This document shows, in pieces, positions 1-10,780 of a DNA stretch of 64,000 nt (position 1 is the first letter of the stretch; the number at the start of each line of letters is the position of its first letter). The translations under genes and the position numbers were made by a program. The stretch spans positions 23,931,899 to 23,995,898 of the forward strand of contig OZ316891.1 of assembly GCA_973895155.1 (NCBI GenBank), written 5' to 3'. Under the pieces are notes generated by a model. That model was not told where the DNA came from. It worked only from the letters and a program-made list of their open reading frames with translations, and searched no databases. This stretch comes from Marsupella aquatica (Eukaryota; Plantae; Marchantiophyta).

Positions 1-290
1 ATGTACACTTTTTAAGCCAAATGTATGTTTCTTTCACTCAAATGTACACTTTCTAGGCCAAATGTACTCAAATGTACACTTTTAGAGCCAAATGTACCTA
101 TTTTGATGTTCAAATATACACTTTTTATTGTCCAAATGTACACTCTTTAGGCCAATTGTACACTTTTCTATCCCCAAATGTACACTTTTCATTGGCCAAA
201 TGTACACTTTTCCTCGCCCAAAAGTACACTTTTCATTGCCCAAATGTACATAAATCAAATAATAATACACTTTTAATGAATAGGCTGATC
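1..290 (+). mobile_element. Right subterminal/terminal region of a DNA transposon (copy A), same family as 9240-9609
   Basis: Dense AAATGTACAC(T/A)TTT motifs. It aligns directly with 9318-9607 and both end ...AATACACTTTTAATGAA(T/G)AGGCTGATC. It lies in the predicted intron of the gene at 503-1741. Confidence 0.7.
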
Positions 291-502
291 AGTGGAAATA
301 GTCTATTGAATGTGCATGAATCCATTTGGACTGGGACCATCCCAGTCCAACACAAAACTAGACGATATCAGTGGAAATATTCTACTGAATGTGCATGTAT
401 CCATTTGGACCATCTCAATCCAAACCAAACTTGAAGCTTTGTGTTCAAAGACTACCATGAGAGTCTACGGTATTGTACCCATCAAGCAGTAACACTTCGT
501 AC

Positions 503-1741
503 CTGAAATTTTTGATTGTCTTGAGCATTTGTTTTGTTGTCCCCATGTTTTGGCTGGCTAGGTCTTCCACATTCCACAAATTCTCGCCTAGCATGAATGA
601 CTGTATCTTTGAAGCATGACTGAAACACCATCGTGCTATTGATAGCATTAGATTGCATTGAATGCTCAACTAATATTGACGATGGTGTTCGATGAGATAA
701 TATTCTTGACTTTTGAAATTCCAGCTTTTTTGCCAATGTTGTTAGCTTGGCGTCCTTCTTTGCCCATTCTCGAATCCATCTGGTTGCTCTGGCCGAATGT
801 TGATTGCTAATGGCAAGGAATTGAACCTCGCCCTTTTTCACGGCTGCTACAAAGTCCCTCCTATCTGATTCCGTGTTGTCATACTGCATTAGGTTTCTAT
901 GTTTTGCAGTGTAAGGAATCAAGTCTACTATGTGTGGTTCATGCCCCGGATTTCTTATCATGGAATTGGCCACATCCCTTACATGGTCTGCATTCAACAT
1001 TCTGTAACAGAGTCTTGCCGACACAGGGAAAATACTCTCTACGGGAATAGAAAATATCGAATTGATCCCAAACGTATAATATTGTTCCATTTGTTGCAGT
1101 ACCTCATTACCTTCTAAGACCTTCTTCTCCTCAGGAGCATCCAACTGCTCGTCCACATCTTGTGAATGCATTGTCTGGTTTTTTGTAGTGTCATCCATGA
1201 TGGCACTGTTAATTTTCTGTTTCTTCTTCTGTCTTGGCCTCTTTTCACTTGCACTCGGTTTCTCAACCGGATGTTTCTTCTCAACCGGCTTCTCAACTTG
1301 GCTTCTTGTGCTCGGCTTCTTGTACTCGGCTTCTCGTACTTGGCTTCTCGTACTCGGCTTCTCAACCGGCTTCTCCACTGCAAGTTTCTTCTCAACCATA
1401 AGTTTCCTTTGGCTTTGTTTTTGTTTTCCCATTGCTCTTTGAGAGGTCGCTGCTGTAGTTCCCGCGGTCTCAGTTGTAGGTTCTGGAGCTTTCTCTGGCG
1501 CTTGCTTAGGCTCAGGGTTTGTATTCACCGCTGGAAGCTTTCTCGCCTTGGACAAAGATTCTATCCATTGCTTTGCTTTGACTGAATCAAACTTGGAAGC
1601 AAATGAAACATCCTTATCAATTAAAACACCAGGCTCCTCCAAATCCAACAATAACAATCCAGCTTTCTCAAGTAAATTGCTTAACGTCCAGGTAGTTGGA
1701 AAAGAGAAATTGCCTTGGTGCTTCATCATGTTGAGTTTCAA
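503..1741 (-). CDS. Transposon-associated protein exon with a putative ParB/Srx-like domain; spliced gene probably continuing left of the window
   Basis: ORF 482..1741 has a low-complexity K/E/P linker followed by 'SIFSIPVESIFPV..YRMLNADHVRDVANSM..HIVDLIP..FLAISNQHSARA', resembling the ParB-like G[NQ]H[RS] region. A CAG|GTACGA donor lies at 503/502. ORF 1738..2175 may be a frameshifted N-terminal part. Confidence 0.45.
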
Positions 1742-2571
1742 ATATTGAAAATTAACCCATACATAATGTCGACTAGAAGCATACCAGTTACCCCGTCGAC
1801 CAACTTCTTTGTGTCATAGGTCTTTGGAAAAAATCCCATTGACAAAACGCTCAATTCCCCATTTGTGTGCCATTCGACATTGAATTCAAAGGAGTATGCC
1901 TTTGACACAAGGTTAACTTTAACCCAACAGGACCTATTGTGCATCTCCAGAATGACCAATTTCATCCCTCTCCCCCCAATGCCAACAGAGACCACAGGTC
2001 CGCAAACAAAAGTCAGGCTATCATTTCCTCTGCACTTTAAGGTCAAAACAGGTTCAATCGTGCTTGATGACACTTCATTATTGAGCGGGGTTCTTGAGAA
2101 CTCAAGCCCCCATCGGAAGCCTGGGGATCTCTCATCTAGTAAGAATCCGTCCAGGCAGTTGCTCGGGGGCCTCAATCCAAGGGATGTCCCATATCACGCT
2201 CGAAGTTTTGGGGGAATATTAAACACCCTAAAAGTTAAGTCAATAAAGTTTTTTAAGGAATTATTTTACCCCTAACTTAATGGAATATTCCAAGAATATT
2301 CTCATATTTGATTTTAAAAAACCCTATGATTATTATAATTCTCAAAAGTGGATTAAAATAACCCTAATGTTCTTCAACAAAAATTTAAAAGTATTTCACT
2401 AAACCCAATAAAAAACCCTATACTTATTCGCGCGTGATGGGTCGGAAGAAAAGAAGTGAGGACCCCGGGGGCAGTTGGTCGGTGCAATTGTGGGTTTGAA
2501 ACCAACAAGATCGCTCCCTACATCATAAACGTCATCCATGTTAGACTTAAAACCTTTAAAACATTCGAATA

Positions 2572-2837
2572 ACTCTTGTTGGATTAGGATGGTCCTAGTC
2601 CAACTTGAGATGGTTTTAGACTTGCTTCTACAATCAGGATTCAATCTCCTGGATGGATTAGGATCATTCGAGTCCAACTTTGGATTGGGATGGTTTGAGT
2701 CCAAGTTTGGATTGGGATCATCCAAGTCCAAGTTTGGATTGGGATGGTTTGAGTCCAAGTTTGGATTGGGATCATCCGAGTCCAACTTTGGATTTGGATG
2801 GTCCTAGTCCAACTTTGGACTCGGATGGTCCCAGTCC
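2572..2837. repeat. 27-bp tandem minisatellite, array 1
   Basis: Units like GGATGGTCCNAGTCCAAGTTTGGATTG; overlapping ORFs show 9-aa periodicity. Confidence 0.9.
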
Positions 2838-3185
2838 GCTAAGAGTTAGGGAGGATAGGTGATGGATACTTACTAGGGATTCGTGATTGAAATTGTCTGG
2901 AGTCTTTGAGTGCCAGTTCTACACTGTCGCTCATAGAGGAGAGGTCAAACTCCTCCGTTGCTTCCACGGAGGACATCACAAGGATGCGATTTGCTTCCAT
3001 CTTCCTGACACATGGCAGCGTGACACATGGTGTCTTAGCAGACGTCCAATCTAGGGCAATGAAAAAGACGGAGGCAGGCGGAGGCGGAGAGAGAGCAGAG
3101 AGCGAGAGTGAGAGCGGCGGAGAGCGGAGAGCAAGAGTGAGAGCGGCGGAGAGTAGAGACCGAGAGCGAGAGCGAGAGGAGAGGC

Positions 3186-3246
3186 AGAGAGGAGAGGAGA
3201 GGAGAGGAGAGGAGAGGAGAGGAGAGGAGAGGAGAGGAGAGGAGAG
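3186..3246. repeat. (GAGAG)n microsatellite in a GA-rich tract
   Basis: Directly visible GAGGA/GAGAG repeats. Confidence 0.9.
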
Positions 3247-4169
3247 GCAGAGGCAGAGGCAGGCGGAGGCGGAGAGAGAGTGAGTTTGCAAGGAGTGAGA
3301 ATGAGGTCCTGGCTGGACCTCTCCGTCCCTTTACCCCCTCCTGCCTCACCCTGGGATGCGTACAGCTGGTTGCCTCTGTATGGCCGGTTGCGTCGATCTG
3401 TACGGCCTGCTCCTATGTACAGCCTTCACCCCTTCCTGCTTGCGGCCTTCCTGCGTATGGCCTGCTCCTGCGTACAGCCCGTTGCCCTCACCCTGAATAC
3501 GGGCCTTGTTCCTTGGTGTGCTGCCCAACAACCTTGCATGGTAGTCCTCGCGCAATTAGGCTCGTGAAGATAAGGTGTGTGAAGGGGTACTCGACCCTTA
3601 TCTTCACGCGATTTCCAGTTGAGCCGACTCGAGCAAAGGGTATAGTTTGGGAGACGCCCACTTCGGAGCTCATTCTTGTTCTAGTTTCCCAAATCTAAGC
3701 TCCATGTAATCCGGAGTTTCTCTTAGAATTTCATGTATTGAGCCACTTACCTTCAATGGGTCAGCTTAGCCAGCTTCTTGACTTTTGGAGTCCTCTCAGT
3801 TTATCGTTTACAGACATGTGTGGTTTAGGGTTCAGTTTGTTTTTTACTCCCAAGATTTAGTGGCATATAGCTTGTGTTTCAAGGTTCTGGGAAAGTTTTT
3901 CCCAATCTACAAACAACAATGTATACCCCTTGGATGTGATATTCATCTTCTACCAGATCTTAATACTAAGGTGAGTATATTAAGGTTTAATGCATTCAAA
4001 TATAAGGTTCCATTATTTCATGAAACTCTATGTAGACATTAGGGTCTGCCTTAAGACCACGCAAACTTTAGGCTACACCATATAGGGAGATCCGTAAAAT
4101 ACGGAGTCTTCCTAAATTTGGATTTTTCTTAGCTTAAGATGTTTGAAGTTTATCTCCCATTACATCATG

Positions 4170-4920
4170 GGTTGGTCTAGGATGGTCCTAGTCCAAGTTT
4201 GGATTCGGATGGTCCTAGTCCAAGTTTGGATTAGGATCATCCAAGTCCAACTTTGCATTGGGATCATCCAAGTCCAACTTTGCATTGGGATCATCCGAGT
4301 CCAATTTTGCATTGGGATCATCTGAGTCCAACTTTGGATTGGGATGGTCCGAGTCCAAGTTTGGACTTGGATGGTCCAAGTCCTATTTTGGATTGGGATG
4401 GTCCAAGTCCAACTTTGGATTAGGATGGTCCGAGTCCAACTTTGGATTGAGATGGTCCGAGTCCAAGTTTGGACTTGGATGGTCCAAGTCCTAGTTTGGA
4501 TTGGGATGGTCCGAGTCCTAGTTTGGATTGGGTTGACCCAAGTCCTAGTTTGGATTGGGATGGTCCGAGTCCTAGTTTGGATTGGGTTGGCCCAAGTCCT
4601 AGTTTGGACTTGGATGGTCCTAGTCCAAATTTGGACTGGGATGGTCCCAGTCCAAATCCAGACTCGGATGATCCCAGTCCAAATCCAGAATCGGAGGATC
4701 GTAGTCCAAATCCGGACTTGGATGATCCCGGTCCAAATCCGAACTCGGATGGTCCCAGTCCAAATCCAGAATCGGAGGATCGTAGTCCAAATCCGGATTC
4801 GGATGGTTCCAGTCCAAATCCAGAATCGGAGGATCGTAGTCCAAATCCAGACTCGAAGGATAGCAGTCCAAATCCAGACTTGGATGGTCCCAGCCCAAAT
4901 CCAAACTTGGTTGGTCTAAG
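4170..4920. repeat. 27-bp tandem minisatellite, array 2
   Basis: Same unit as 2572-2837, grading into GGATGGTCCCAGTCCAAATCCAGACTC variants. Units contain the inverted repeat AGTCCA..TGGACT. Confidence 0.9.
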
Positions 4921-5013
4921 TAAAAATTTAGATTCAACATTTGGTCTGAATCAAAATTTGCATGACTTTGGTTTTAATCCATTTTTTTCAGTGTGCAGGA
5001 TAATAGGAAAAGG

Positions 5014-8000
5014 ATGTCTCAAAGGTTTTCTAGGGACGATGATGTGACCTTGACAATGGATGGTTACGACGTTGGAAATGGGACAGTTCAAAAGACAGAT
5101 CCACGAGAGAGTGTTCAAAATATTGTGTTGGGAGAGAATCGAATTGGGGTTCTCATTGAGAAGGCCTTTGGTGAGACTAGGAAGCTCCCTTTTCCAATGC
5201 CTAGGGCAGAAAATATTCATGATGCCATTGACTCATGTGTCATTTGGGATATGTCATGTGCATATCAATCTGCAGATAAGATTACTCAAAAACGCATCAG
5301 TATTGGTAGTTGTTCGACTCAAAAAGATAACAACATCCATAATGTTGCAAATGTAGAGGAGGATGCTTTGACCACCCTAAGGCCAGGCGATAAGGTTGAA
5401 ATGTTTATCTCTGGCCATTGTGTGGCCTTTGGAGTTGTTTTCAAGACCGATCCAATGGAGAGAAGTCATAACATATTACTCGGTGAGTCTTGGGTTAGTG
5501 TAAAATTCACAGATGTGATTCATGGTAGTAAGACTTTACCTTACGCACATGGTGGAGCTGCAACAATTGAAGAGGCAAAGGGCTCTTGGCATGGGTTCTA
5601 TGGGATGTGGCTAACATCCACAATAAAGTATGGAATGTTGATATCAATGGGAGCAACAAATCTTCCTCTAAGAAGCAAAAGGACAAGGTGGATTTTGTTT
5701 CACAGTCTTGTTCGGCAAACACCACAGACACTAAGCGTGACTATTTTCATCGGGCAAACTGGATGTCAGAGTTGGTTGAACTCTACATTGGTTTGGATCA
5801 AACCAAAATGGTTGCCACTGGAATGGTCACTGTCCCTCAAGTGACGGCGGCAGTTGATGATGATGAAATTCTTGATGATGAACATGTTGGGATTGCTGTG
5901 AAAGATGTCGTGGCAGCACAATACTTTCCCAACATCCACAAGGGAGTAGTGAGTTTGATTCGATGGCGGATTGATTCAACAAAACTAGTTGCAAATGGAA
6001 AAATTTTGTCAGACATTCTGGTGGAAGGTTCTGAGAGGATGGACTCAATGGATAGGGATGAACTCAATGCGGATGTAAGTGACAGAGGAGTACTGCGTTC
6101 AAGGCCCTACAATTTTAACAAGAGGAATCAAGTAGATCCAAATGAAAAGAAGAGGAGGTTGTTGGAAACCAAGGCAGTTTCAAAAACAACAGAGGCATCA
6201 ATTGATGACATGAAAAGAGAAAATTGTTGCAAGAAAAAATGTTGTCTCATTATGCCAAGGGAAAACATCAAAGATATTAGGATGGAATTTCATGGGATGT
6301 CAAGCGAGTCAAAAACGTCACACATTTTCAACCTCTTTCACTATAGAGAGGATGATGTTTGTGATAAGGGACACCATGTTCTTAAGGGTATGGTTGTATG
6401 CAGACATGCATTTGCAATTATCCACGGTTTTAGCCACACCAAATATTATGATTACAAAAGGAGATATGTGGAGGGTTGCAAAATTGGGTTCCATGGCAAT
6501 ACGGGCTTGATGAAAACAAGGGAAAATACCTTGCATGCACGAGCTTTGTTGGAGGCTTTTTTGACTCGAAATGCAGAGCCCATGCCTCATATGCCTTATG
6601 GAGGGGCACATGGGACAGACTCTACTGAGTACCGTCTTCCAGCGTGTTACAAGAAGCTAGAGATTCTGGAAGATGTGAGAACAAAGATGAAGGAAGAAGG
6701 GCTTCCTCCTGTCACAGAGAATACAAGATCTGGAGCAACTCATTTGCAAACTTCAGTTTTCATAAAGATGGTGCATTTGCCAAGTGTACTCTTTGTTGTG
6801 AATACAAAGACAGTTTGATGCGAGAAAGAAGGAAAAAAGAACGTGCTGAAATTGAAGAAAAACAAGCGCAACATCTTTGTGAGCAAATATCACATAGATA
6901 TGTTTACTACGCTCCCCTAGGCCCTCAGTCTTAACTAATATGTGGAGGACGTGCAAACACTCAAAGGGTAATTTTTATTCATTTTGAACTAATAATTATA
7001 ATTATTACCGGTAATAAGGGAACTTTTAATAGTAAAATGGAAATAACAAGGGGTAAACAGGAAAAGGGCCCGATCGCAAGGGGATCCACTTCTTTTACAC
7101 GGAGTGAGGGCCCAGGGCTACGCTCATCGAGTGATGGCCAAACAACACCCAGGAGAATATCTTTGCATTATTCACGACAAGATGGATCAAGCAAAGACAT
7201 GGATTCCAAAAATGGTTAGTACTCCTAAATCTCTTTTGGGTCATGGAATGCCGCTACCTATTGCTCTCACAGGGATGTTGGCTCATGGGAGGGATCCAGG
7301 AGTCTATGCACACTTTAATTAGTGTCACTGGCCTTTGGCCAGTAGATGCCGATTTCACGGTGACATCCTTGGCTAAGTGTCTTTGAGACCTTGAAGAGTA
7401 CAATGGAGACAAGATAGGTGACATGTTGCATGGCCTTCATTGGGAACCTCAAAGACCTTTCTTTCAAGCCCTACTTGACTTTGAAGCATTTTGACGGGTT
7501 ATTTGGAACCAAAGAATATACCGGTGAATAGGTATGTTGGTTCTGAAGATGGAGCTGAGAGTCGGACTGAGATTGTCCCAAACCGGCAAGATGAGGATGA
7601 TGGAGAAGACATGCATGGAGAGCAAGGCAATCCATCATTCAAGCCCTTGCCAAGGCACCTAACATTGCAGATGGATAATTCAGTTTAGGGTTTAGGACAA
7701 CAAAAACCAGACTATCATGGCATTTTGTAGCAAGCTTGTGAGTAGAGGAGTATTTAAAATTGTTAAAATGTCTTTTGTAATGGTTGGTTATACGCACGAA
7801 GATGTTGATGCACTCTTTTCAAAGGTATCATATCAAGTTCAGCACAAAGAAGTTGCAACCATCCTTGCTCTTATGGCAGAGGTATGGGAATGCGAGAGCA
7901 TTCATCCAGTTCCCAGATTGATACAAGAAGTTGCATCTTACAAAGAATATCTTCAAACTTTCAAGGTGAAAGATATTCAAGGTCACTCAAAACCTGTATC

Positions 8001-8993
8001 ATTTCTTTTCTCTATGAGAGATAATGTACCAATATTTTAGTATAAGTCCCATGTAAAGCAAGCTTGGGCTCCAGTTGGTGGAAGGTGCATTTGGGCAACA
8101 GATCTAACAACAAATTCTCTTCTTTTACCTAGTGGAGAGCCCTTAGCTAAATCCATTGGAGAGATACACAAAAAATCTGAAGAGATTATCCCATTTCTTA
8201 ACAAGTACCTTGATTTTTTGAGAAGGAGTTGCATTGATGAGACATCTATAGCATATAAGGAAAGATTTCCTCTTGTGAAATATTGGGAGAGAATTGTGGA
8301 GTTGTTGACAAATGGCCTCGCACTAGAAGGGGAGGGAAGTACTCAATTTCCCTTGAAAAACAGATTTTGGCCTAAGACTAACCACGGCACTGGTTACAAG
8401 GTCAACCAACCGGAACAAAGTGGTCCTCCAAGTGAAGATGAGGAGAATGCAGAGATGACGGCTCTTCAAAATGAGGTCTTGGAAGAGATGGAAGATCAAG
8501 CAGCACCATTTGTTGGATCTTGAGCTGAGAGAGAACAAGGACGATGGATTCCTTTACAGGATATTTGTGAAGGAAACTTTGTATTTCTTCGGCCCGAGAA
8601 TGACTGGGAGAAAAAAATGGTGGAGGTCATTTCTGGTTGGTGAGAGTTTTGGGTTTGGTGGACCCAAAGCATGAAGTCCCAACTACATCTTCAACAAACC
8701 CTTCTCTGCCTCGACAATACGCTCCAATGTTCCTAGTTGAATGGTGGAGGCCTAAACACTCTAAACTTGATGTGACTGAGAGTGCGCAGTATCTAAATTG
8801 TTTCATGTCCACTAAGACATGGGAACGAGATCTAGGGTTTGGTGAGAATACTCAACATTGGCAGTATGCAAATTTTGCAATGTATGGTTTTAAATCTGGA
8901 ATGAAAGAAGAAAACATGGCGGGCAGAGGTTCGAAGATCCCTCGAAATGTTTTACAAACTGTCCAAAATTGTCTTCAAAGGATGGACAAGTAG
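5014..8993 (+). pseudogene. Sola-like (DUF7869-type) DDD/E transposase, disrupted by frameshifts, stops and a MITE
   Basis: Motifs occur in order across ORF fragments: CCKKKCC; CRHAFAIIHGFS; GFHGN; AEPMPH; YRLP; FAKCTLCCEY; IIHDKMDQAKTWIPK; LTLQMDNS..DNKN; MSFVMVGYTHEDVDALFS (GHTHEDxD-like). The C-terminal region has FWLVRV..FLVEWWRP..WERD. Confidence 0.7.
6915..7117. mobile_element. 203-bp MITE with ~16-bp TIRs and 8-bp TSD, inserted in the transposase
   Basis: Left end CCCTAGGCCCTCAGTC; right end reverse-complements to CCCTGGGCCCTCACTC. TSD CTACGCTC at 6907-6914 and 7118-7125. Removing it restores the frame YYA-H-RVMAKQHPGEY. Confidence 0.9.
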
Positions 8994-9239
8994 ACTTAGT
9001 TGTTAGAAGCTATAATAATTAAATAGATAGTTACTAGTTTTTAGGAACTAAGATAGTCACTTTTCAAACATAGTAATTTACATACTAGTTATTTACTATT
9101 CTAATAGTTTTAATGTGATACTATCTCCTCATTTTCTAAACTTTTGATCATTATGAATATGAATGTTTGCTTTTTCTACATAATTAAAAATATTTTTCTT
9201 TTCATTCATTTCTTTTAAATGATTATAATAAGATTTGGT

Positions 9240-9609
9240 AGGTAAATGTACATTTTTTAGGCCAAATATACACTTTGTTGCACTAAAAGCTACACTTTCT
9301 AGACCAAATGCACTCAAATGTACACTTTTTAAACCAAATGTATGTATTTTTCACTCAAATGTACACTTTCTAGGCCAAATATACTCAAATGTACACTTTT
9401 AAAGTCAAATGTACCTATTTTGATGTTCAAATTTACACTTTTTATTGCCCAAATGTACATTCTTTAGATCAATTGTACACTTTTTTATCCCCAAATGTAC
9501 ACTTTTTATTGGCCAAATGTACATTTTTCAAAACCCAAAAGTACATTTTTCATTGCACAAATATATATAAATCAAATAATAATACACTTTTAATGAAGAG
9601 GCTGATCTC
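9240..9609 (+). mobile_element. Right subterminal repeats and probable terminus (...GGCTGATCTC) of the Sola-like element
   Basis: AAATGTACAC motif cluster about 250 bp after the transposase stop. It ends in CTC, compatible with GRG..CYC Sola2 termini. The left TIR is not in the window. Confidence 0.6.
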
Positions 9610-9617
9610 ACCCTTAC

Positions 9618-9957
9618 GAAGAATAGTGAATGCCTATCTCATCCTTACGAAGAATAGTGAATGCCTGTGCTTGCTGAAGCGTAACAAACACCTTGTGTCT
9701 AAAAAATGTCGTGATGATAAATACCGAGAGATAAGGATGAAGAATAGTGAATGCTTGCTGAAGCGTAACAAACACCCTGTGTCTAAAAAATGTCGTGATG
9801 ATAAATACCGAGAGATAAGGATGAAGAAAAAAAATGTCGTGATGATAAATACCGAGAGATAAGGATGAAGAATAGTGAATGCCTATGCTTGCTGAAGCGT
9901 AACGTACAACACCTTGTGTCTAAAAAATGTTGTGATGATAAATACCGAGAGATAAGG
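9618..9957. repeat. Imperfect ~80-90 bp tandem duplications
   Basis: Repeated GAAGAATAGTGAATGC..TGCTGAAGCGTAAC..AAAAATGTCGTGATGATAAATACCGAGAGATAAGG blocks. Confidence 0.85.
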
Positions 9958-10023
9958 CCTCCGCTCAAAGTACTTCGGAATAAGGCCTCCGCCTCGATGT
10001 ACGGAAGTACTGCAGAGCTGGTT

Positions 10024-10780
10024 CTAGAAATTCTGGATCGTAGAGTCGCCATTGTCCGTGCTGGTGCACAAGAAAGAATTGTAGACATTGTGGATCACAG
10101 CTCGTTTCAATTGACTGTCCTCAAGCACGCGGAAGAATTGCTGAAATTGTGGATCCCTGTCAAGAGCTTGCAACACATCTGTAGTGGTCCAAAGGTTCAT
10201 AGTTGCAACAGATGAGGACCTACTTGGAATAGGTGGGAGAACCACTGCCCACGCCAACATATTCGTAGAGCCAAAAGAGTTTGGAGTCGTAACAAAGTAT
10301 GGCTTACCAAAGCCAAAATCTATTTCATACACGCCAAAGTTGAACCATGAACTGATGCACACGTTCTTAAGTTTACTGTTCACCAAAGCTCCCATTGATT
10401 TCCCAATCCCATCGGAATCGCGCCAATCGTCCCTCTTCAAAATTTCCAATTTCTCACAAACTCTGCTCGCAATGGACACCAGAGGCATCTCCAAAAGCTC
10501 ACCAGTGGGGATTTCGGGCGGCAAGAGAGGTGTGATCACGTTTCCGCATACATCGGGAACTGGATGCATTTCACTGTCTGCGAATACATGGCATCCGATT
10601 TGTCGCCAAGTCGCCAAGTCTGTAGGCAAAAAGACATGGAAAGAATAACTCCGCAAAGAACGAGTCAAGGATTGTTGCGTCGATGGTTTCCAAGTGAGCA
10701 GTCTTCTCAAGTGGTTTGACGGTGGTGTGCAAGACATCCGTAAAAGGAGGCAATTCCATGGAGAGAAATTGATGCGCCAT
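10024..10780 (-). pseudogene. BAHD acyltransferase pseudogene (N-terminus joined to C-terminal half, no HXXXD)
   Basis: The C-terminal part has SSWFNFGVYEIDFGFGKP (DFGWG motif) and a 'HPVPD..GN' segment. An ATG at 10780 starts 'TTVKP..LETID..LFF' in another frame, with a TATA-like TTATAT about 70 bp upstream. Confidence 0.75.

Noticed and set aside
72-434. ORFs 72..434 and 9389..9862
   Set aside because: They are translations of AAATGTACAC terminal repeats, with no domain signal.
2839-3349. S/L/P- and E/R-rich ORFs
   Set aside because: They are translations of the GA microsatellite.
4170-4920. Possible CRISPR array or repeat-protein ORFs (4344, 4469, 4620)
   Set aside because: The 27-bp units are contiguous with no unique spacers, there are no cas genes and the context is eukaryotic. 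The ORFs are by-products of a repeat length divisible by 3.
1-9607. 1-290 and 9318-9607 as LTRs of a retroelement
   Set aside because: No TG..CA ends, PBS, PPT or RT; the interior encodes a DNA-transposon transposase.
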